This document shows, in pieces, positions 56,761-64,000 of a DNA stretch of 64,000 nt (its first letter is position 1; the number at the start of each line of letters is the position of its first letter). The notes under the pieces were generated by a model. That model was not told the origin of the DNA. It ran no database searches and saw only the letters and a list, made by a program, of their open reading frames with translations. The stretch is from positions 2,044 through 66,043 of the forward strand of contig JAHIVH010000107.1 of the NCBI GenBank assembly GCA_018816735.1. Reading direction: 5' to 3'. Source of the stretch: Pseudomonadota bacterium. Lineage in GTDB: Bacteria; Desulfobacterota; Desulfobacteria; Desulfobacterales; JAHIVH01. The translations under genes and the position numbers were made by a program.

Positions 56761-56785
56761 GGTTTGGACGTATCGATAACAAACC
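56761..56785 (+). promoter_or_regulatory. Inverted repeat GGTTTG-N13-CAAACC just downstream of a TTGACA (56747-56752), upstream of bioB; candidate operator
   Basis: The arms are exact 6-mers and enclose the palindrome TATCGATA. It lies 47-71 nt upstream of the bioB ATG. Confidence 0.3.
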
Positions 56786-56831
56786 AAAACCGGCATGTTC
56801 GGGTGATTTATATTTACAGGAGTTTATCAGT

Positions 56832-57821
56832 ATGAAGGATGACATGATTCAAAAAATAGCAGAGAATATTATCACCAATTCATCTTATCGTCTTTTGTCT
56901 GAAGATGCTGTAAAATTGGCACTGCTGCCAACCGAATATGATCTGGACCTTATTTACCATGCCGGGAAAATCCGGGAACATTATCTGGGCAATACGATTT
57001 TCACCTGTTCGATCACCAATGCAAAGTCCGGTCACTGTACGGAAGATTGCGCATTTTGCGCCCAGTCATCCTACAACACAACCGATATTAAAACCTACCC
57101 GCTTTTGGATGAGGATATCCTTGTAAAAAAGGCTCTTGAATACCGGCGACAGGGTGCATCCCGTTATTCAATGGTGACTTCCGGATTCAAACTGAAACAG
57201 GAAGAAATGGATATCATTTGCCGGGCCGCAGAACGGGTCCGGAAAGAAACAGACATGATTGTATGTGCATCCGTAGGCGTCATCGATATTCCGTATATCC
57301 GTCAGATGAAATCGAGCGGCATTACCCGTTATCACCACAATCTTGAGACATCCAGGAGTTATTTTGATGCCATCTGCACCACCCATCGCTATGAGGATGA
57401 TATTGATGCGGTTTTGCTTGCAAAACAGGAAGGCATGGATGTTTGCAGCGGTGGGATCTTTGGTCTGGGTGAAACCTGGGAGCAGCGGGTGGAGCTGGCC
57501 TGCGATTTGAGAGAACTGGATGTGGATGCCATCCCTCTTAACTTTTTAAACCCTATCAAGGGCACACGGCTTGAAAAAAGAAATCCCTTAAAACCGTTTG
57601 ACGGTCTCAAGGCTATCGCAATAACACGTTTTTTGAATCCCGGAAGGCATATCACCATCTGTGGGGGACGGGAGATTACACTCTCTGATTTTCAGTCCTA
57701 TCTGTTTCAGGCCGGTGCAGATGGCTTGATGATCGGAAATTATCTGACGACCCTTGGGCGGGCCGCAGAAAACGATATAGAGATGATCCGGCAGCTTTCA
57801 CTTAAAATCGAAAACAGATAA
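56832..57821 (+). CDS. bioB: Biotin synthase (radical SAM)
   Basis: 'GHCTEDCAFCAQS' is the CxxxCxxC motif. Also 'YSMVTSG', 'HHNLETS' and 'CSGGIFGLGE'. ATG at 56832 follows AGGAG. Confidence 0.9.
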   Translation: MKDDMIQKIAENIITNSSYRLLSEDAVKLALLPTEYDLDLIYHAGKIREHYLGNTIFTCSITNAKSGHCTEDCAFCAQSSYNTTDIKTYPLLDEDILVKKALEYRRQGASRYSMVTSGFKLKQEEMDIICRAAERVRKETDMIVCASVGVIDIPYIRQMKSSGITRYHHNLETSRSYFDAICTTHRYEDDIDAVLLAKQEGMDVCSGGIFGLGETWEQRVELACDLRELDVDAIPLNFLNPIKGTRLEKRNPLKPFDGLKAIAITRFLNPGRHITICGGREITLSDFQSYLFQAGADGLMIGNYLTTLGRAAENDIEMIRQLSLKIENR

Positions 57822-57955
57822 TATCTTCTTTTCAGATTGACATCCTGTAAAAAAAATCGACAGACCGTTGTTTGGCAATAATGCCATCATTTTGCATCTG
57901 ACCTTATATTTTTAATATAATCAACTGGATACAAGCAGATCTCAAATACCGAGGA

Positions 57956-57971
57956 TGGCATATTCCTTGCT
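57956..57971 (+). promoter_or_regulatory. Candidate sigma-54 (-24/-12) promoter upstream of the crotonase-family gene
   Basis: TGGCAT-ATTCC-TTGCT with GG-N10-GC spacing, ending 32 nt before the ATG at 58003. The RBS AGGAGG lies in between. Confidence 0.55.
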
Positions 57972-58002
57972 CTGTAACCATTAACTCATGAAAGGAGGGG
58001 AT

Positions 58003-58788
58003 ATGTTATATTCATCAGATTACGAGACCGATGGCAATACGTTTAAAAGTCAGAAAAAAGACCATATTGTTATCGTGACATTCAAGGATGATTTTATGCT
58101 GCGTTCAACAGATTTAAGTGTCCGGGACCGTCTTCTGGATTTTTTAAGCATGGTCAACAAGGATGATGATGTCCGAAGTCTGATCATCATGGGGTCTTCT
58201 GAAAAAAAAGGGTGTAGTGAATATTATGATTTTTTCAAAAAAATTTTAAAGAAGGAACTGGGACACCTTGCCCTCCTGCGCATGTATAACGTCATCAACC
58301 AGTTGATTCTGAAACTGGTATCCCTTGATAAACTGGTTGTCCATGGAAACCGGGGGGCAGTGATTTCCCTGTTCCTCAATTTAAGTCTTGCCTGTGACTA
58401 TCGCATTGTCAGCGAAAATACGGTTTTCAGTAATCCCTGTCTTGATCTGGAGCTGTTGCCAAAAGGTGGCGGCCCGTTTTTTCTTTCAAAAATGGTTGGC
58501 ACTGGAAAAGCATTGGACATTCTTCTGAGTGATAAAGGGGTGACTGCAGACGAAGCCCTTGACGCAGGTATCGTCAATCAGGTGGTGCCTGATGACGAGC
58601 TCGAAGACGCACTTTTTGAACAGGCAATCACGTTTGCTGAAAAACCGTTGAGATCCGTTATCGGCATAAAGCGTCTCTTGAATTATAACTACAAGGGCCT
58701 CAAAGAGTATCTGGAGTTTGAAAACGAAGAACTGATTAAAGTGTTTTTTACCTCAGAAGGATGGAAAGAACTTCTGGTGTGCAGGTAG
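58003..58788 (+). CDS. Enoyl-CoA hydratase/isomerase (crotonase) superfamily protein
   Basis: 'VRSLIIMGS', 'LSLACDYRIVSENTVFSNP', 'ELLPKGGGPFFLSKMVG' and 'ADEALDAGIVNQVV'. The usual GGG oxyanion-hole stretch is divergent ('GNRGAVISLFLNLSLACD'). Confidence 0.7.
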   Translation: MLYSSDYETDGNTFKSQKKDHIVIVTFKDDFMLRSTDLSVRDRLLDFLSMVNKDDDVRSLIIMGSSEKKGCSEYYDFFKKILKKELGHLALLRMYNVINQLILKLVSLDKLVVHGNRGAVISLFLNLSLACDYRIVSENTVFSNPCLDLELLPKGGGPFFLSKMVGTGKALDILLSDKGVTADEALDAGIVNQVVPDDELEDALFEQAITFAEKPLRSVIGIKRLLNYNYKGLKEYLEFENEELIKVFFTSEGWKELLVCR

Positions 58789-58864
58789 TTCCGTATTACT
58801 CAAGCCCTTCTTTATGGATGCTGTCATGGACATAGTGTATATGATTTGCATCCATACCATATAA

Positions 58865-58912
58865 AAGGCAAAGAGGCTGCTGGTACGGGCCCCTTTGCCT
58901 TTCTTTCTTTTT
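58865..58912. terminator. Bidirectional hairpin terminator between convergent genes
   Basis: AAGGCAAAG (58865-58873) pairs perfectly with CTTTGCCTT (58893-58901) around a 19-nt loop. A T-rich run follows (TCTTTCTTTTT), and an A-run precedes it for the minus strand. Confidence 0.6.
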
Positions 58913-58920
58913 CCATTAAC

Positions 58921-59670
58921 CTATCCGCAAAGCTCGGATTGGAATTTCTGCATGAATGCTGTTTTAATGATTTTGGCAGCAGATGCCGGTTCTTTTAAAA
59001 GGTCAAAATTGAGGACCAGATCGAATTCATGGGATTCCACAGAAGTTTTGCCGAATGTTTTTTTAAAGAATTCCTGCTGTTCCTTATCGATTTGCGCCAG
59101 TTTGGCTGCAGCTTCTTTTTCGGATACCTCAAGCATTCTGGAAAGACGTTTGCTTCGGTATTCATCCGAACAGGTACACCTTACCGCCAATGTTCTGTTT
59201 TTGGGTAATATCAGGTGGGTTCCTCTGCCTACAAAAATGGTCGAGGCCGTTCCTCCCAGTGAAAGAACCACACTGAACAAGTGTCTGGAATAGTCGCTTT
59301 TGATGAATGCCTTTTCTCCAAAAAGATATTTCATAAATTCGTTCAACATACCTGGATAGCGTTCATCAAAGTATTTTACGGTTTTTTCACTTAAATTCGC
59401 CTCGCATGCAATATGAGTGAGAATTTCCCTGTCCATCACCGGATATCCCAGGTCTTCACCCAGTATATCGGCAACTTCAAGCGCTCCCACACCGATTTTT
59501 CGTGAAAATGAAATACAGGGGTGAATTTCAGGCCGCTTTAGCGCCTTTTGTTTTTCAATGAGTTTCTTTTCCACATCACTGAAATATTTATCAGCCAGTT
59601 GGGCGCCCGTAAATTTTTTATGGGAATACATTCCAGGAACGTAATTTTTTCCGCCTATTTTTATTGTCAT
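58921..59670 (-). CDS. Cytidylate-kinase-like family (Cytidylate_kin2) protein
   Basis: 'ISFSRKIGVGALEVADILGEDLGYPVMDREILTHIA'. I prefer the ATG at 59670, which lies 7 nt after GGAGG, to the ORF-track start at 59727. Confidence 0.65.
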   Translation of the reverse strand: MTIKIGGKNYVPGMYSHKKFTGAQLADKYFSDVEKKLIEKQKALKRPEIHPCISFSRKIGVGALEVADILGEDLGYPVMDREILTHIACEANLSEKTVKYFDERYPGMLNEFMKYLFGEKAFIKSDYSRHLFSVVLSLGGTASTIFVGRGTHLILPKNRTLAVRCTCSDEYRSKRLSRMLEVSEKEAAAKLAQIDKEQQEFFKKTFGKTSVESHEFDLVLNFDLLKEPASAAKIIKTAFMQKFQSELCG

Positions 59671-59744
59671 ATCAAGCCTCCATTTCTGATGTTTAAACGG
59701 TTTGGTCAAATATCCTTTGGAAAACATTTCCTGATCAATTGGAG

Positions 59745-59760
59745 GGCAACTTTCATGCCA
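59745..59760 (-). promoter_or_regulatory. Candidate sigma-54 (-24/-12) promoter upstream of the cytidylate-kinase-like gene
   Basis: The minus strand reads TGGCAT-GAAAG-TTGCC with GG-N10-GC spacing, ending 75 nt upstream of the ATG at 59670. A sigma-70-like TTGACA-N17-TAAATA (minus strand, 59818-59790) lies just upstream of it. Confidence 0.45.
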
Positions 59761-59945
59761 TGTGAAGCGCAGAGGAGTTTGTTATCATCTATTTAAAATA
59801 ACATATAATTCTTGTCAAGATTCTTTAGCCTGACGGTTTTGAAAACAACGGCGTGTCGATGTTTTTTACAGTGTGTAAATATAAAAGCAGGAAATAAAGA
59901 CAGGGGGGAAGGGTAAAGGATCATTAGGGAAAGGGAGGTTTCTTT

Positions 59946-61190
59946 TTAGCTTACTTTTTCCAGGATGTGAATGCACATGGACGCTTCTTCAACACCAATC
60001 ATACCGCCGTCATTTTCAGCAAGAGCGATACGGGCGTTTTCGACCTGACGATTGCAGGCCATCCCCCTTAACTGGCTGCATAATTCAGCAATCTGTGCCA
60101 GGCCTGTTGCGCCGATAGGATTGCTCCGGCATTCCAGCCCACCACTGGTATTTATCGGTTTTTCACCTCCCAGCCGGGTCGCACCGGATTCGGCATACAA
60201 GCCGCCTTCTCCGATGGGGCAGAATCCCATTGCCTCTGTTTGATGAAGTTCTCCGTAAGATGTGGCATCATGAAGTTCGGCCAGATCGATATCTGATGGT
60301 CCGACACCGGCCATATTATAGGCCACTTTTGAAAGGCGTTCTCCCATGCTTTCATCATCGATATCCCTTTCCCTGCCTGAACCCACTACTGAAGCCAAAA
60401 GTTTTACACAAGGTCTGCTGCTGATTTTTTTCAGATAGCCTCCGGAACATACAATAACTGCGGCCGCACCGTCTCCTTCTGTTGTGCACATTGATTTTGT
60501 AAGCGGATAGAACATCGGATCCTCTTGCATCACATCTTCCGCTGTGAGGAACGACCTGTATCGGGCCATGGGGTTTAAGGAACCATGAAAATAATTTTTG
60601 GCGCATATTGAAGCAAGCTGTTTTACAGTGGAGCCAAACCGGCTCATATGCCATCTCGCCCACAGTGCAAACGTATTCATCAGCAAATCATGACGTTTCT
60701 GTTGACCGGGTGCCTGGTATTCGGGTACGTCATTATGAAACTCTCTGGTGTATGTTTCCATGCGTTTAAGATATCCGTCAATATCATGGGTGTCCATAAG
60801 GGCTAAAGACACATCGGCCAATCCAATTTTTGTTTCAGGGTTGTTTTTTTCCGATCCCACCACAAGAACCACATCATGCATATCTGCCTTAATGGCCGTG
60901 TAGGCCAGATGCAGTGCGGTTGCGCCACCGGCACAGGCATTTTCCACGTTGATGACCGGTATGGCATCAATGCCCATTTTTCGCATGGCGACCTGGCCCC
61001 TGATGGCATGCTGATTTGAGTAAAGTCCCCAGAACGTGTTCGAAAAAAATACGGACTGTAAGGCTTTTTTTTCTATCTTAGCGTCTTTCAGTGCAAGGTA
61101 TGTTGCTTCCTGGGCCATGTCACTGACATTCCGGCCAGGGTAGTTGCCAAACCTTATCATGCCCGTGCCGATGATGTATACTTCTGTCAT
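59946..61190 (-). CDS. Thiolase-superfamily protein (SCP-x / nonspecific lipid-transfer-type thiolase)
   Basis: 'VYIIGTGMIRFG' and 'INVENACAGGATALHLAY' (active-site Cys context); C-terminal 'NTSGGLECRSNPIGATGLAQI'. Confidence 0.8.
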   Translation of the reverse strand: MTEVYIIGTGMIRFGNYPGRNVSDMAQEATYLALKDAKIEKKALQSVFFSNTFWGLYSNQHAIRGQVAMRKMGIDAIPVINVENACAGGATALHLAYTAIKADMHDVVLVVGSEKNNPETKIGLADVSLALMDTHDIDGYLKRMETYTREFHNDVPEYQAPGQQKRHDLLMNTFALWARWHMSRFGSTVKQLASICAKNYFHGSLNPMARYRSFLTAEDVMQEDPMFYPLTKSMCTTEGDGAAAVIVCSGGYLKKISSRPCVKLLASVVGSGRERDIDDESMGERLSKVAYNMAGVGPSDIDLAELHDATSYGELHQTEAMGFCPIGEGGLYAESGATRLGGEKPINTSGGLECRSNPIGATGLAQIAELCSQLRGMACNRQVENARIALAENDGGMIGVEEASMCIHILEKVS

Positions 61191-61218
61191 GGATGGCTAC
61201 CTGCTTTATGCATTTATG

Positions 61219-61264
61219 AAAAAGCCCGGTCGTTGTTGCGGGAGCAATAGCGACCGGGCTTTTT
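61219..61264 (-). terminator. Strong hairpin between the 372-aa ACAD gene and the thiolase gene (intrinsic terminator/attenuator or processing-protective stem)
   Basis: AAAAAGCCCGGTCG (61219-61232) and CGACCGGGCTTTTT (61251-61264) form an exact 14-nt inverted repeat with an 18-nt loop. On the minus strand the GC-rich stem is followed by U5. Confidence 0.65.
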
Positions 61265-61268
61265 AAAA

Positions 61269-62387
61269 TCAGAGAAGTTCTTCGAAATGTTTTATTTTTT
61301 TAACAGGTGTGATGCCAAATACAGCCTGGATATGCTTGGCATCACGGAATCGTTTTTCCTGACCAAAATCTTTCATGAATCCCACACCGCCCATGACCTG
61401 GATGCCGTCTGTTGTAATATCACAGGCTGTTTCCTGAGTGAGGAGCGCTGCGGCTCTCGAACATTCCTTCCATCCGGATTCCTTGGTATCTAAAGCCTGA
61501 CAGGCTTTTGCCACCGACATTTCCGCGTTTTTAATTTTTATCGACATATTGGCAAGCATCAGTTTGACTTCAGACCAGTTAATGATTTTTCTCCCCCCCT
61601 GGGATCGTTCTTTGGTATAGTCCATGGCTTCCTTAAAAGAACCTTTCATGATGCCAGTGGCCATGGATGCGGCTGCTACAGAAAGCCTGTCTACCATTTT
61701 TTTGAAATAGGTCTGGCCCTGTCCTTCCTGTCCGAGCAATTTTCCGGGTGTATTTGAGAGTGTCAGGTCAACAGCAGGACACGAATGAAGGCCCAAACTG
61801 TGGATGGGACTGCTCACCTTGACGCCTTTTCCCTTCAGGTCGACAAGGAAGAACGAATAGCTGTCCGTTCCCTGAATACGTGCAGGCACAATCGCCTGAT
61901 TGGCAATACTTCCAAGCACAAGATACTCCATTGAACCGGAAAGTTCATAGCCATCATTTCCTTTTGTTGCCTTCAGCATATGGCGGACCTGTGAGGGATC
62001 ACTGAAAACCGGAAAGGCGATAAGGAATTTATTGACCTGATCCGCCGATTCAGTAAGCTTTTTAAGAATTTCTTCACTTCCGGATTCAATGAGGATTTCA
62101 TAGGCAGCAGAATTTGTGAATATGATGCCGCCAAGGCTTGAGTCTTCCCTGCAGATGTTTTCAAGAATAACGCAAAGTGTACTGATGCCCTGTCCGATAC
62201 CGCCATAGGTTTCAGGAAGAATCGAATGAAAAAAGTCAAGGTCATATGCTTTTTTCAACGAAGCGTCAAAAAATGGACCAAAGGGGAATTTGTCATTTTC
62301 TTCTCTTTCAGGCCAGAGTTCTTTTCTTGAAAAATCATAGGCTGCTTTTTCTATGAGTTTTAATTCTTTATTGGTGTTTGCAATCAT
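61269..62387 (-). CDS. Acyl-CoA dehydrogenase-family protein lacking the canonical C-terminal catalytic Glu
   Basis: Overall ACAD layout, including 'GGVGFMKDFGQEKRFRDAKHIQ'. However, the 'IYEGT' position reads 'AVFGI'. Confidence 0.75.
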   Translation of the reverse strand: MIANTNKELKLIEKAAYDFSRKELWPEREENDKFPFGPFFDASLKKAYDLDFFHSILPETYGGIGQGISTLCVILENICREDSSLGGIIFTNSAAYEILIESGSEEILKKLTESADQVNKFLIAFPVFSDPSQVRHMLKATKGNDGYELSGSMEYLVLGSIANQAIVPARIQGTDSYSFFLVDLKGKGVKVSSPIHSLGLHSCPAVDLTLSNTPGKLLGQEGQGQTYFKKMVDRLSVAAASMATGIMKGSFKEAMDYTKERSQGGRKIINWSEVKLMLANMSIKIKNAEMSVAKACQALDTKESGWKECSRAAALLTQETACDITTDGIQVMGGVGFMKDFGQEKRFRDAKHIQAVFGITPVKKIKHFEELL

Positions 62388-62417
62388 GGTCTCCTCCGTA
62401 TTTCCAAAAATAATCGT

Positions 62418-63929
62418 TTAGATGTTGTTTTGTGAAAACGCCTCAGCCTGACTGGAGGAACGTTTGATCAGTCGTTTAAAAACATTGACCCGGTTTACCT
62501 GATTGGTTCCTTCATAAATCTGGAGGAGTTTGGCGTCTCTTAAAATCTTCTCGGCCCGGTTTGAATGGCGAAGTCCGGCCTGTCCCATGATTTCAAGGGC
62601 TATCTGGCAGTTTTTATTGCCAGCATCCGTGCCGGTAATTTTGGCGATCGATCCCCACCCGTCAATACGGTCTATTTCCTCCTCAGTCTGACCATCAAGA
62701 CACAGTTTTCTGAAAATGGTTGTGGCGATGGGTTTTTCGGCGACCCAGCCGACCAGTTTTTCCATCAGCCTGGCAGGGGTGAATTTCGTTATATAATAAA
62801 GGGACTTCCTGTTCATGGGTTTCCATAAACCGTGCATGGCGTTGGCTTGTGTGGCTTCAAGATAGGTCGCTCTTGAGACGGCGACATTTCTATACATCTC
62901 TGCAAGCATGCACTGGCACCATTCATGATTGATCAATAACTGCCCGTCAAGTTCATTTTCAGATGCGAATTTAAGGGCCTCTTCATAAGCGTTCCTTGCT
63001 GCAGCGGTCCCGAAACTGCCCACACCCATTCTGGAGGCGCCCCAGATATAAGCAAAAATCTGCTCATTGGTTCCGGCGATATTTCTTTTCAGGCGTATGG
63101 CATCCCGATTGTCCAGACAGACATTTTCATCCGGAACAAAACAGTCGCTAAAAATCAGTTCGCTGGCCGGACACCCTTGCTGACCCATCTTTTTTTCTTT
63201 TTTTCCAAAGGAAAACCCTTTTGTGCCGGTTCGAACAGCAATCATCACCGTATTGTCAGACGCCCTTTTCAAATCCGTATAGGCATGAACGATATGCCAT
63301 TGGGACAGATGACCACAGGATATGAAAATTTTGGTACCATTTAAAATATATCCGCCATCCACTTTTTTGGCGTGGCATCTCAGGTTTCCGGTATCCATCA
63401 TCTCCAGGTTCTGGGAATCTGTACCTGCATCCGGTTCGGTCATGGCAAGAGTGAGAAGGCAGGGCTCTCCTTTTTTTTGTCCGTCAACGATGTCCAGGGA
63501 AATTTTATTCAGCATGCGAACATTCCACGACGCTGTGAGCATGGTATATCCCAGATAGTGAACCCCCACAAGATTCGCCATGGCCAGACAGGCCGAGCCG
63601 AGTTCTTCAAAGAAAACACCACAGCAGGACAGGTTATAGCCTTGGCCGCCAAACATTTTTGGCACAAAAAGGGTATATAGTCCCCATTCATTGGCTTTTT
63701 TTATAAATTCCCAGGGAAGATAGGCCGGGTTTTTTGTCAGCTCCAGATCAAGCTCCAGTACATAAGGTCTGACCACTTCATCCGTAAATTTTCTGGCAAT
63801 TGCCATGACCTCACGGATCTCGTTTGTAATCCATTTGGGTTGATTCCCAACGGCACGGACACTTGACGTCATGTCGTCAAACCGGGGCTCTCTTTCTGTC
63901 AATGCTTTTATCTCTTTTCGGGTCACCAT
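62418..63929 (-). CDS. Acyl-CoA dehydrogenase-family protein (long form, 503 aa) with the canonical catalytic Glu
   Basis: 'LAMTEPDAGTDS', 'GTKIFISCG' and 'RDAKLLQIYEGTNQVNRV'. RBS AGGAGG upstream on the minus strand. Confidence 0.8.
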   Translation of the reverse strand: MVTRKEIKALTEREPRFDDMTSSVRAVGNQPKWITNEIREVMAIARKFTDEVVRPYVLELDLELTKNPAYLPWEFIKKANEWGLYTLFVPKMFGGQGYNLSCCGVFFEELGSACLAMANLVGVHYLGYTMLTASWNVRMLNKISLDIVDGQKKGEPCLLTLAMTEPDAGTDSQNLEMMDTGNLRCHAKKVDGGYILNGTKIFISCGHLSQWHIVHAYTDLKRASDNTVMIAVRTGTKGFSFGKKEKKMGQQGCPASELIFSDCFVPDENVCLDNRDAIRLKRNIAGTNEQIFAYIWGASRMGVGSFGTAAARNAYEEALKFASENELDGQLLINHEWCQCMLAEMYRNVAVSRATYLEATQANAMHGLWKPMNRKSLYYITKFTPARLMEKLVGWVAEKPIATTIFRKLCLDGQTEEEIDRIDGWGSIAKITGTDAGNKNCQIALEIMGQAGLRHSNRAEKILRDAKLLQIYEGTNQVNRVNVFKRLIKRSSSQAEAFSQNNI

Positions 63930-64000
63930 CTAAGGCCTCCTTTATGGGTATTAACTTGGGTATAGCGTTGGGGTGTTTCATTTTTATGAATATCCATTTG

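Noticed and set aside
1-64000. CRISPR arrays, rRNA/tRNA genes, transposases, integrases, phage genes, toxin-antitoxin pairs
   Set aside because: Reading the sequence and ORFs, I saw no regularly spaced repeats, no tRNA-like cloverleaf candidates in intergenic regions, and no DDE, tyrosine- or serine-recombinase motifs. This is an eye scan, so tRNAscan, Infernal and ISfinder should be run for confirmation.

Overview
The window looks like a chromosomal segment from a diderm (Gram-negative) bacterium. TolC-like, Wza-like and outer-membrane barrel genes support this. Several sigma-54-type promoter motifs and the acyl-CoA genes would fit a Desulfobacterota-like anaerobe, but the organism cannot be determined from the sequence alone.

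Layout:
- 1-23.3 kb: a large exopolysaccharide (EPS) locus, almost entirely on the + strand. It holds GT2, GT4 and GT26 glycosyltransferases, a Wzy/O-antigen-ligase-like protein, an AsnB-type amidotransferase, a secreted beta-helix protein, an acyltransferase, a LamG-VanZ fusion, a WecA-like initiating transferase, a Wza-like exporter, a PCP chain-length determinant, a BY-kinase-like ATPase, a PilZ protein, an outer-membrane barrel candidate and an ExeA-like ATPase. This gene set resembles PEP-CTERM/exosortase-associated EPS loci, but no exosortase or Wzx flippase is visible.
- 23.3-31.2 kb: a signalling and membrane block. It has a soluble HisKA_3 kinase with a NarL-type regulator, a polytopic-membrane/GT2 fusion, a DUF547 protein, a 7TMR-DISM/PP2C phosphatase, and a DUF3786 protein with a zinc-ribbon miniprotein.
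- 31.7-37.5 kb: the most unusual object. A single 1,719-aa ORF fuses an SLC12/cation-chloride-cotransporter-like permease, with its cytoplasmic domain, to about 1,000 extra residues that end in a STAND/AAA_16-like P-loop NTPase and a probable winged helix. A minimal MscS-like gene follows it.
- 37.5-44.8 kb: a remnant of an amidohydrolase gene, then a TetR / TolC / HlyD / 2x ABC ATPase / 2x ABC-2 permease efflux operon (YbhGFSR-like).
- 44.8-64 kb: mixed housekeeping and accessory genes (AraC-type regulator, metallophosphoesterase, LysM protein, FGE-like protein, KAS III, SpoU methyltransferase, FloA, Sir2, small secreted paralogues, UvdE, BioB). The window ends with a crotonase / thiolase / two acyl-CoA-dehydrogenase block.

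I recognised no rRNA, tRNA, CRISPR array, transposase or integrase. This was a reading by eye, not a computed scan. All family calls come from motif recognition in the translated ORFs, and no database search was run.
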